Shown here: piece by piece, positions 18,276 to 25,916 of the stretch | How the letters are laid out: each line of letters begins with the position of its first letter | Position numbering within the stretch: the first letter of the stretch is position 1 | IMG/VR virus record: IMGVR_UViG_3300030399_000018 | Length of the DNA: 52,734 nt | Reading direction: 5' to 3' (one strand) | From: a virus | The notes under the pieces: generated by a model | Told to the model about the DNA's origin: nothing | The model's input: the letters and a program-made list of their open reading frames with translations, nothing else | The model's database searches: none | Program-made: the position numbers and the translations under genes

Positions 18276-18377
18276 GTAGACCAGCCCATTGTGTTGCTTA
18301 TCTACAACTGGATGTCCCTATCCCAAGACCTACCCAAATACCTAACAATAAACCAATGAGATAACACAAGATTGGAG

Positions 18378-18515
18378 TCATGGTGTTTGTTGCTCCTGTA
18401 CAACAGATAGCCAGTATTGAAGGTCTTTCACTGGTATTACAATACCATCCAGTGTACCCGGATTCTCTAGGTAGTTAGACAGTTGTTCAATTACAACAGC
18501 AATGTCTGCATTCAT
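18378..18515 (-). CDS. Small hypothetical protein (45 aa)
   Basis: Hand translation gives MNADIAVVIEQLSNYLENPGTLDGIVIPVKDLQYWLSVVQEQQTP. It has a TAATG overlap with the upstream stop. A 26-aa TM peptide ORF follows (18301-18381). Confidence 0.3.
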   Translation of the reverse strand: MNADIAVVIEQLSNYLENPGTLDGIVIPVKDLQYWLSVVQEQQTP

Positions 18516-18838
18516 TATGGATTAGCATCCGGTATAACTGCCCGTCGTCCTTTGTCCCGCTCAAGGGCAAGTTGGCAGTGGTTGGTTTGAAACCAGCTAA
18601 GGAGCTTACACATCACACATCCCCACTCCTCACCGGCTAGCTGAGCCTTCGCAGAACGGCTTGAGATGGTCTCGTTGGGATCCCCGAAGGTCAGGGCATT
18701 ACCCAACTGGTCCAACGTCACCAGGACGTTCTTAAGCCAGCTATCACCTTGAACTGCTTGGTACTTCCCCAGGATAGCCAAGGGCATTCGGAGGAACGAG
18801 ACAGTGCAATTCTCCAGATATAGTTCTAGTTTGTTCAT
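18515..18838 (-). CDS. Hypothetical Cys-containing protein coupled to the protease gene
   Basis: 107-aa ORF with a 4-nt overlap onto the protease gene. It has DQLGNALTFGDPNETISSR and HC motifs but I did not recognise a family. Confidence 0.55.
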   Translation of the reverse strand: MNKLELYLENCTVSFLRMPLAILGKYQAVQGDSWLKNVLVTLDQLGNALTFGDPNETISSRSAKAQLAGEEWGCVMCKLLSWFQTNHCQLALERDKGRRAVIPDANP

Positions 18839-19509
18839 TTAATCAGTTCCAAAGACTTAGCTGGAGTCAAGAAGTTCAGGCCAAACGGGACGTCACTGCC
18901 CCGATCAGCTTTGAGTGCCAGTTCCGCGACACCAACGACACAACTATGTACGTCGTCAACAGCAGGACCACCGCTGTTTCCTGGAAGCATGACACCATCA
19001 TACTGAACAAAAGTAGCAAACTTACCAAGATCGTCCGTGAGGTCTCGACTCGGGTTGCTGACAGTGCCGAACGAAATAGTTTTACTTTGTGCAAGTGGTC
19101 CGCCCATTAAGTGTACTCGTTCCCCATAATATGCGGGGTCTTTACAAACAGGAAAACCTTTCGGCCAATTGATAGTCCCGTCTGTGGTCTTCAGCGTCAT
19201 CAGATCAGGACCAGTGGCAAAGTTCTCCCCGTCCCCTTTCTTTTCGATAACAAAGTCGTGCGGCTTGCCGTCCCCGAAGTCCACTACATAAGGGCTTGCT
19301 GGCACTGCCTGTCCCTCCTGACAGTGGGCTGCTGTAACTACCGTGTGGGTTCCAGCCAGTACCCAACCACTACAGTGGCCCAAGTCCATCGTAACCGACA
19401 CAACACTGTCTAGTTGTTTCTGGAGAGGCGGAAAGTAATGCACGTTAACTGCACATCCGGCCAGCAGAATAGCTAGGCCCACCATTGCACCTCGAATGAA
19501 ATTATTCAC
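18835..19509 (-). CDS. Secreted/lipoprotein trypsin-like (S1 family) serine protease
   Basis: It has a signal peptide with a lipobox (LAILLAGC), the His motif VTAAHC, and the Ser motif GNSGGP. Confidence 0.85.
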   Translation of the reverse strand: MNNFIRGAMVGLAILLAGCAVNVHYFPPLQKQLDSVVSVTMDLGHCSGWVLAGTHTVVTAAHCQEGQAVPASPYVVDFGDGKPHDFVIEKKGDGENFATGPDLMTLKTTDGTINWPKGFPVCKDPAYYGERVHLMGGPLAQSKTISFGTVSNPSRDLTDDLGKFATFVQYDGVMLPGNSGGPAVDDVHSCVVGVAELALKADRGSDVPFGLNFLTPAKSLELIK

Positions 19510-19696
19510 CGTTGAGGATCTCTTTTAGTTTCTCATCGTCGTACACTGTGTCAATCAACCGTTGTGCTGTCCGAATACTCCCGGCAATCAAGGAGGCCGG
19601 GGTGTGGGAGTTGTTGGGATTTGACAACAAACTGCCAAGGATACCTCCCGCATAGCAAAGTAATCTCTCTTTACCTGCAATCATTTCAGTTTTCAT
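19502..19696 (-). CDS. Hypothetical protein (64 aa from the ATG at 19696)
   Basis: The ORF-track start at 19738 is a GTG. The ATG at 19696 (MKTEMIAGK...) overlaps the stop of the upstream small ORF. Confidence 0.45.
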   Translation of the reverse strand: MKTEMIAGKERLLCYAGGILGSLLSNPNNSHTPASLIAGSIRTAQRLIDTVYDDEKLKEILNGE

Positions 19697-19838
19697 TACG
19701 GACTCGATTCCCTGGGAATTTGAAATTATCTCCAGCACGTTTGATCAAGACCAGCAAAAGCCCTGACTGGAACTTGCTGAAATCGATGTGATTGAACTTA
19801 TTCTTACGACCCAGACCTTCTTTACGCCACTGTTTCAT
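19686..19838 (-). CDS. Small basic hypothetical protein (50 aa)
   Basis: Hand translation gives MKQWRKEGLGRKNKFNHIDFSKFQSGLLLVLIKRAGDNFKFPGNRVRNEN. The start overlaps the primase 3' end. Confidence 0.3.
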   Translation of the reverse strand: MKQWRKEGLGRKNKFNHIDFSKFQSGLLLVLIKRAGDNFKFPGNRVRNEN

Positions 19839-20622
19839 CGCCGAATATCTCCTTTACTTGTTCCACTGTATAGCACTTTGGGTCTTCCGTTGTGTGGATA
19901 ACCCGACTTTCATATCCAAGAGTCTGGATCTTTCTACTTAATCCTACCGCTTCTTTGAACTTGTCAGAATCAAGCCACACATCTATGCGCCGATACATTC
20001 TGGCGAGTCGGGTGAGCTTGACTGACGGCATCGATGCACTAAAGCATGGAACTCCAGTTCGACCGGCTTGGGAAACTCGGATGCCGGAAACACAGTCTTC
20101 AACAATGCAGCACGAGTCGCTATCTTGTTCTGGATAGTATGCTGCAATAACATCTGCTGTCGATCCGCTAGTAAAGAAGCGTGACTTGTGGGTTGTTGTG
20201 GCTCGGAAGTTCCGGGCTTGCCACAGGACAACTTCTTTATCGACTCCATAAAAGACATAAAAGAGTTGCTCATTCTTTGGACTCCAAAAAACGTTGTTAC
20301 GGATTAGGTCGGTAGGAGTGAGGTGGTACTTCTGGACCCACTCCACCACACCTAGGGGATAATAATGTCCAATGTCATCAGCAAGGGGTCGTACTCCAGC
20401 TTCGGATTGTGCCCCCACCTTAGGAGTCCCTGAAGTGTTAGCTCCAGCAGATGCCAACTCAGGTAATCCTTGACCTGCTTCGCGGTAAAACTTTCCGCAC
20501 CCGAAACAGAATCCTGATAACCTCGCACCAGCCCCAGCATACCACGCGACATTATCCTTGGACCCACACGACGTACAGGGACCGTGATGGCTAAACTTTG
20601 ACTCACTGGAATGCCCACTCAC
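19822..20622 (-). CDS. DNA primase (zinc finger plus TOPRIM, T7 gp4 N-terminal type)
   Basis: It has CTSCGS...CFGCGKF (a 4-Cys zinc ribbon) and the TOPRIM residues IVEDCVSG (Glu) and WLDSDKF (DxD). The GTG start forms a GTGA overlap with the upstream stop. Confidence 0.85.
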   Translation of the reverse strand: MSGHSSESKFSHHGPCTSCGSKDNVAWYAGAGARLSGFCFGCGKFYREAGQGLPELASAGANTSGTPKVGAQSEAGVRPLADDIGHYYPLGVVEWVQKYHLTPTDLIRNNVFWSPKNEQLFYVFYGVDKEVVLWQARNFRATTTHKSRFFTSGSTADVIAAYYPEQDSDSCCIVEDCVSGIRVSQAGRTGVPCFSASMPSVKLTRLARMYRRIDVWLDSDKFKEAVGLSRKIQTLGYESRVIHTTEDPKCYTVEQVKEIFGDETVA

Positions 20623-20924
20623 TTCTTCCTCTTTGGAGAGATATCAATGGTGATCACCTGGGGGATGTCGATGTAGAGTTGATGGATGTTCTCATCTCGT
20701 CCATTCGGCACTGGGGTTGACTTGGTTGATATAGTATTAGCCATCCTCGCCACCTCTTCCCCGCCGCGAGACTGCGCTCGTTTAATTGCAACTTGGGTTG
20801 CCTTCATTGCTTTTTTTATCTCCGGACACCTACAGTCAGGGTTGTCACACGCTGTGTTTTTCATCCACTCAAGCCGAGTCATCTTTCGATTGCACGGCTT
20901 ACAGAGTATGATTGGGTTAGTCAT
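20619..20924 (-). CDS. Hypothetical Cys-rich (zinc-binding-like) protein, 101 aa
   Basis: MTNPIILCKPCNRKMTRLEWMKNTACDNPDCRCPE. The ATG at 20924 overlaps the upstream stop (ATGACTAA). The longer ORF-track version is an out-of-frame run-on. Confidence 0.5.
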   Translation of the reverse strand: MTNPIILCKPCNRKMTRLEWMKNTACDNPDCRCPEIKKAMKATQVAIKRAQSRGGEEVARMANTISTKSTPVPNGRDENIHQLYIDIPQVITIDISPKRKK

Positions 20925-21162
20925 CTTGGGAGTATCCTTCTCCATACCGGTATCCTGGCCAAAGTGATGCGTCCTCACCGATGATCTCTCCCTCATCAAT
21001 CTCATCGATCTCTTCACCAACAGGGCCGTCATCAATGTCCGGAATGTCTTCAGCAACCGTGGAAAAACATCTGTTACACAGATCAACAAAATCACCACTA
21101 CTGCTGTACTTACGAGTGGATTCATAGTCGTTTAATAGTTTATCACACGCTAGACAGTGAAT
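20917..21162 (-). CDS. Hypothetical CxxC...CxxC protein with an acidic tail; start ambiguous (ATT at 21162 after a strong SD, or ATG at 21273/21261)
   Basis: HCLACDKLLNDYESTRKYSSSGDFVDLCNRCF, then a D/E-rich tail. AAGGAGG lies 8 nt upstream of the ATT at 21162. The ATG starts would overlap the GcvH-like gene by ~90 nt. Confidence 0.4.
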   Translation of the reverse strand: MHCLACDKLLNDYESTRKYSSSGDFVDLCNRCFSTVAEDIPDIDDGPVGEEIDEIDEGEIIGEDASLWPGYRYGEGYSQDD

Positions 21163-21175
21163 TTTGGGTTCCTCC

Positions 21176-21613
21176 TTAAGGGAGACGGACGTTAAGATTG
21201 TTGGCCATGTTCCCCACTGGGGCCTGCCTGGGCACCTCTGCTGCTTGCTCCTCAAAATCATACCAATCAACAAACTTCGGCTTTGTCACAGCTTTCCTCT
21301 TTACCTCAACCGCCTTGACTCCCTCCGGCAACACAGTGAAGATAACATCATCTTCCACCAGTCGATCCGGGAAGTTGCGGGCCTTGTCGTTAAAGAACGT
21401 GATACGTCCCGTAAGCGGACTCTTAAGACTCTCCAGCCCATCATTGGTCTCGATCACCATCATCGGTCCCCCTTTCTTAAGATTGATGGCGTCTGCCTGA
21501 AGGATGTGGAAACACTCTTGCATCTTCTCTTCCAGATACGTCTGACGAAGCCCAATGCTTACCACACCAGCCTTGTCAGTCTCTTGCCATATGTTGCCAC
21601 TAAACGTTTTCAT
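21176..21613 (-). CDS. Glycine-cleavage H-protein-like (lipoyl/biotinyl-type hybrid-barrel) protein lacking the lipoyl lysine
   Basis: A gapless 57-residue alignment to E. coli GcvH [57 protein letters not shown] conserves G, E, F, L, G, V, E, P, G, I, N and D. The E-S-V-K lysine aligns to E-T-N-D. Confidence 0.7.
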   Translation of the reverse strand: MKTFSGNIWQETDKAGVVSIGLRQTYLEEKMQECFHILQADAINLKKGGPMMVIETNDGLESLKSPLTGRITFFNDKARNFPDRLVEDDVIFTVLPEGVKAVEVKRKAVTKPKFVDWYDFEEQAAEVPRQAPVGNMANNLNVRLP

Positions 21614-21783
21614 CAACTTCTCCGGAACCCTTCGGTGATTTGTGCTTTAAACTGTTTAATATTTTCTTGCGATCCATACTCTTTTAGGCCCGCTGCTATA
21701 AGACTGAGAAGTAATCTGTGGTCTTCGAATGTTTCCACCTTAATGACGTAAGGTTGGAATCTGCTTTCCATCTGTACTTTCAT
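21613..21783 (-). CDS. Small hypothetical protein (56 aa) between the ATP-grasp and GcvH-like genes
   Basis: Hand translation gives MKVQMESRFQPYVIKVETFEDHRLLLSLIAAGLKEYGSQENIKQFKAQITEGFRRS. It has an ATGA overlap upstream and a TGATG overlap downstream. Confidence 0.35.
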   Translation of the reverse strand: MKVQMESRFQPYVIKVETFEDHRLLLSLIAAGLKEYGSQENIKQFKAQITEGFRRS

Positions 21784-22631
21784 TTACGTAGTTCCTTAAC
21801 AAAAGCCTCGGCGTATTTTTCTACAGTTGTACCTTCCAGGCCGGGGGCCGTGTTTACTTCTAGCACGAAGCACTGGTTGGCTTTCTCGTTCCATATAACA
21901 TCCACGGCTCCGAAGTCGAGTCCAAGTGCCCGAACTGTTGCGATAGCCATTCCTCGCATTTCCTCCGGCTCTTGAATGTCTTCACGACAATACACCCATC
22001 CTGTGTGATGGTTACGAACTTGGTAGTTCGTTTCGAAGTTGTCTGCAAGGTCTTTCCTCTTACGCTTCTCTTGGACATCAATCACTTCTCCAAAGGCAAC
22101 GTGGATTCGGAACTCTTTTTGTTTCTTGATGTACTTAACATACAACGGAGCCGCTGGTAAACTTGCTTCTTTGCCATTAGCAAGTACAATGCCGTCCCCA
22201 GAATGGCCAGTGAGCTTAGTACGACAAACAACAGCAACTCCGGAAGCAAGCCACTCACGGGCTGTGGGTCCACTAGTCGTGAACTCGGGGATACGTATTC
22301 CATCAACCTTCTCCAACTCTTGAAAAGTCCTAAGCTTATTACTTGCAAGGGACACTTGTTTATGATTGTTAACCCACTTAGAGATAGGAACTCCCCCCAC
22401 ATCCACAGGGGGCCCGCTGTTGCCCCAGTTCAAAAGAATCTTATTACCGGGAGTCAGGTTACGCTGACGATTGGGGCGATCAATGTACAGTCTGGGCACC
22501 CGGCACGACAATAACTGACCCATTCTTTCCGACAGGTTCCGCGCCGACTGACTCCCTATTTTGTACGGAAGGAGAAAGATGGGCGATGCGTTCCTGACTG
22601 GCCCGTTGGTTTTCAATGGCTTTCTTTGCAT
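21780..22631 (-). CDS. RimK/R2K-like ATP-grasp amide ligase (start at 22631 or 22736)
   Basis: ILLNWGNSG, VVCRTKLTGHSGDGIVL, EFRIHVAFGEVIDVQEKR and GLDFGAVDVIWNEKANQCFVLEVNTAPGLEG are typical ATP-grasp strands. The N-terminal PIFLLPYKIGSQSARNLSERMG looks like the pre-ATP-grasp domain, which forces an overlap with the upstream gene. Confidence 0.8.
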   Translation of the reverse strand: MQRKPLKTNGPVRNASPIFLLPYKIGSQSARNLSERMGQLLSCRVPRLYIDRPNRQRNLTPGNKILLNWGNSGPPVDVGGVPISKWVNNHKQVSLASNKLRTFQELEKVDGIRIPEFTTSGPTAREWLASGVAVVCRTKLTGHSGDGIVLANGKEASLPAAPLYVKYIKKQKEFRIHVAFGEVIDVQEKRKRKDLADNFETNYQVRNHHTGWVYCREDIQEPEEMRGMAIATVRALGLDFGAVDVIWNEKANQCFVLEVNTAPGLEGTTVEKYAEAFVKELRK

Positions 22632-24201
22632 TGTTGTAGCGCGCTTTGTAGCCTTCACCGAATTCTCCTTGTACCTTATCTGACACACAATCAGCACACA
22701 AAATGGTGGGCGTGTTCTTTGGTTCACCAGAACCAATGATGGACTTCATGGTGACTCGCGTAAACACACGCTCCCACTCTTCAACTTCACGGCCACACTT
22801 ATCACAGTGACAGTTGGCTTGGACATGCTCCCACAGCGGTTTGGGAATCCCCCCATCCGTGGCGTGGACCGGCACGTACTCCACGCGACGTACTTTGTGC
22901 ACGAAGATTGATCGACCACCAACAGTAACAGTCACAAACATTACATCCGCTTGAAGATTCTCACTGATCCACAGATGCAGAGAGGCATTGGTTACAGCTT
23001 GAGGCAGGAATCCGGTGATGTCTGCCATAGACTTGTCGGGTTGCATCACCTTACCAGCAAACCGATACCGCCCCGTGGGAGTTTGAGTCGTCTCCCAAAT
23101 CTTAATCAACAGCGGCTCGCCACGGACGAACTCAGGATCAGAGATCTTGATGTGACCTTGGGCAGCTTCTGCCTTTTCTTCCTCACTAGAGTTCGCTGGC
23201 TGGGGTGTACGGCCATCCGTCCCCGACGCGGTTAAGAGAGCGACGGGCCGGGTGGTTGAGTTCTCTTGTTGTTTCGATTTTGTCCTGTTCGCTAAGCCCG
23301 CTATGGACTTCAGACTTGCCTGACACACGCCTCCCGACTCGATCACACAATCTTTCGAAGGAGTCGTCAGGGCTTGTTGGAGACTCTTGATTTCCGGGGG
23401 GGTCTCCCTTTCCCCCGTTCTGAAAAAAGAGTGGGGTTCCCCATACCCTTCCCACTCGTCTCGTGCGTTGCCAACGAAAACACCCTGATTTTTATACACT
23501 TTCTCCGGCTTGAGTTCCACTTGCGTGATCTTGATGTTACCCAGGAAGTCAAACTCGTACAACTTACCTGGCTCAATGTCTTGAATGTCATCTATCTTGA
23601 TATTGCTGCGGCTTGTGGGCATTGCTGCGATCCACGGCTCACTGGACACCATGTAGGCATCGTCGGTGTACAGCAGACTCAACGGACGTTCCTTGTTGCG
23701 AACAGCATACAGCCGCTCCGTCTCGGTATTGTACCACACCAAAGCGAAAGCCCCATCAATGGTAGGGATGACGTTCTCCGGGGTATCCACAGCCAGCGCG
23801 TGAGCAATGGCGTGGGAGTCCACCTCAACCTTCTCCGTGGTTAGCTTGGTGTGATTCATCAAGGTGCCGTTGTGGACCAAGATGATGTGATTCTCCACAA
23901 ACGGGTGGGCGTTCTCACTGCTGGCTTCCCCAATGGTCTTGGCACGGTTGTGGCCGATAACAAACCGACCCCGATTGATAGCGTCGCTCTTAAACTTGGT
24001 CCATGCGTCCGTGCGGAATAGGTTGAACGGATTGGTTCCGATCTTGACAACTCGGGCCTCTTTGTTACGGAAGCCGGTCATTGCACCAGTGGCATCCTTA
24101 CCTCGTATGGTGTTGATAACAAGCATTTGTTCGAACAATTCAAGATGCTTGTGGGACAAGCCCATTCCTTTTCGCGCGATAATGCCACAAATACCACACA
24201 T
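22480..24201 (-). CDS. Class-II (Ntn) glutamine amidotransferase domain fused to a ~330-aa uncharacterised C-terminal region with a zinc-ribbon-like motif
   Basis: MCGICGI (N-terminal nucleophile Cys), GHNRAKTIG and ILVHNGTL are present. The C-terminal region has no recognisable family and contains CHCDKCG...ILCADC. Confidence 0.85.
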   Translation of the reverse strand: MCGICGIIARKGMGLSHKHLELFEQMLVINTIRGKDATGAMTGFRNKEARVVKIGTNPFNLFRTDAWTKFKSDAINRGRFVIGHNRAKTIGEASSENAHPFVENHIILVHNGTLMNHTKLTTEKVEVDSHAIAHALAVDTPENVIPTIDGAFALVWYNTETERLYAVRNKERPLSLLYTDDAYMVSSEPWIAAMPTSRSNIKIDDIQDIEPGKLYEFDFLGNIKITQVELKPEKVYKNQGVFVGNARDEWEGYGEPHSFFRTGERETPPEIKSLQQALTTPSKDCVIESGGVCQASLKSIAGLANRTKSKQQENSTTRPVALLTASGTDGRTPQPANSSEEEKAEAAQGHIKISDPEFVRGEPLLIKIWETTQTPTGRYRFAGKVMQPDKSMADITGFLPQAVTNASLHLWISENLQADVMFVTVTVGGRSIFVHKVRRVEYVPVHATDGGIPKPLWEHVQANCHCDKCGREVEEWERVFTRVTMKSIIGSGEPKNTPTILCADCVSDKVQGEFGEGYKARYNNAKKAIENQRASQERIAHLSPSVQNRESVGAEPVGKNGSVIVVPGAQTVH

Positions 24202-24204
24202 GTC

Positions 24205-25107
24205 TTAGCCCCTTGTCTTAACAAAATAAGCTGAATCGGCCAGCCGCTCTGGGATCAGAGCATTTAAGGTAGCTGGTTTAGCAAAAGCAGATCGAACGTT
24301 TCCAACGGCGTGTTTCACATCTTCCCACGATTCAAACTTCAGGTATTGGGAATCTTGACCAAAGATCTGGCTAATCAAGATGGACATATCCGTTGACTTG
24401 GACAGCCCCAACACCGTCTTGCGGATCGTGCCAGTTTCCGTGGCCTTACAAAACTCCACCAACTTGGTGAGCAAGCGTACCCAGATAGTGACCTTGTGGT
24501 GGTCGAACGTTCCATGCATCTGGCGGAACTCCAGCGTGCCCTTGTCCCGCAACGGCAGGATGTTCAGGCCCGTGTATTTGGACCACTTCTCCGTCGACAT
24601 TGCCAAATCCTCCGTCGCCATGAACGTCAACAGATTGGTGTCGAACAGAGGCACACAGTAGATGTTCTTGGCACGACCACGGCCCGTAAACTTGTACAAC
24701 AACGGTTCGATGCACGCATACATCAGAATGATGTCGACAACTTTCTCTGTCGCCAGATCCTGCATGTTCAAATGCACGTGAATCGAAGTGCGGGGGCTGA
24801 AGCACGAGTCTTTCTTCAAGGTGTCCTGCAACAATTCCTGCAAGATGTGAGGTGCATACTTCGCTGGCATTGGCTGGCTGATAAACTCAACCCCACCGTT
24901 GCGAAGAGATCCGTCTGCTGTTGGAATCCACGCCCCTGAATTAGGTGTTGAAGTATCTTGAGCGTTCTCCACCTCTACCTCAATGCCCACCAACACCTCA
25001 CTTTCTATAGGATCGCCGGGAACAGGGAACGTGTCAAACGTCTTTTTCCAGGCCGGGTAGATCTTTACCGGCTTCATCCCAAAATACTCTACGATGGTTT
25101 TTCCCAT
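24205..25107 (-). CDS. Amidoligase_2-family (GCS/glutamine synthetase-like COOH-NH2 ligase) enzyme
   Basis: VGIEVEVEN, ADGSLRNGGVEFISQPM and TSIHVHLNM match the 'putative amidoligase enzyme' pattern. I chose the ATG at 25107 (MGKTIVEY, SD GAGG); the longer ORF would overlap the upstream gene. Confidence 0.8.
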   Translation of the reverse strand: MGKTIVEYFGMKPVKIYPAWKKTFDTFPVPGDPIESEVLVGIEVEVENAQDTSTPNSGAWIPTADGSLRNGGVEFISQPMPAKYAPHILQELLQDTLKKDSCFSPRTSIHVHLNMQDLATEKVVDIILMYACIEPLLYKFTGRGRAKNIYCVPLFDTNLLTFMATEDLAMSTEKWSKYTGLNILPLRDKGTLEFRQMHGTFDHHKVTIWVRLLTKLVEFCKATETGTIRKTVLGLSKSTDMSILISQIFGQDSQYLKFESWEDVKHAVGNVRSAFAKPATLNALIPERLADSAYFVKTRG

Positions 25108-25114
25108 GATAACC

Positions 25115-25735
25115 TCAGGCTCTGTTAAAGATTTTCGTGAGTTGATCCATGTATGCAGCCTCGTAAATATTGGTAACTCGGCCAGCAGAGGATACCCGAG
25201 CCACAGGCAACTGCCAATGGAAAAGCACGTGGTCAGGAGCTTTAAACATGGAAAGAGCCAAGCTGTAATTATTGTCCAGTGCCACACTTCTCACCTTCCC
25301 CGTTTCCAATACAGCCAAAGCCTCCTTCACAGTGTAGATCTTGTGGTCAAATGCCGCTTCGATGGCCTTGATGTCCCAACCCACGTGTTGACCACAAATC
25401 CGTCGGGTGGTGTTCTCCAGCACGGAGTTATCCGAACAAATCCCACGGCGGTACTGACGAGTGGGCTTGCGGCGGAACACTACAGCATCTTTCTTGAATT
25501 GAAAGACACCTACCGGAGGATACTTGAACTTGATGCTGTGTCCCTCCGATCCCATGTTAATGGTAATGGCACCATACTCCGCCGAATCCAGATGAAGTAC
25601 CCCAATCTTGGAGGCACTTTCTTCCACCTCCCGGATCTTCACTAGACACTCTTTGTCCTTCTCCTCCATGTGAAGCCACACGAAGGTTCCCTCCCACCGA
25701 CGGCGGAAGTCCTGAATAACTTCGGAATTATTCAT
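25115..25735 (-). CDS. Hypothetical protein inside the ligase operon
   Basis: ORF of about 206 aa. The ATG at 25735 is preceded by GGGGA and overlaps the upstream stop (ATGAATAA). I did not recognise a family. Confidence 0.55.
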   Translation of the reverse strand: MNNSEVIQDFRRRWEGTFVWLHMEEKDKECLVKIREVEESASKIGVLHLDSAEYGAITINMGSEGHSIKFKYPPVGVFQFKKDAVVFRRKPTRQYRRGICSDNSVLENTTRRICGQHVGWDIKAIEAAFDHKIYTVKEALAVLETGKVRSVALDNNYSLALSMFKAPDHVLFHWQLPVARVSSAGRVTNIYEAAYMDQLTKIFNRA

Positions 25736-25916
25736 CAGCATCCCCAATATCTATGTGAATCTTCCCATCATCAGACAAATACACCGACAATAGGTATAAG
25801 TTGGCCCTGTCTGAGGTGTCAAATACTACTTCGTGATTGTGGAGATGTTCAACAGCTTTCAGGCTGTCAAAGCCATCTACTTCGCCTAGGCCGTTAAGTA
25901 ATTCTCCTAGAGTCAC
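25728..25916 (-). CDS. Small acidic hypothetical protein (62 aa) inside the ligase operon
   Basis: ORF with a 4-nt overlap upstream and an 8-nt overlap downstream. Confidence 0.45.
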   Translation of the reverse strand: MTLGELLNGLGEVDGFDSLKAVEHLHNHEVVFDTSDRANLYLLSVYLSDDGKIHIDIGDADE

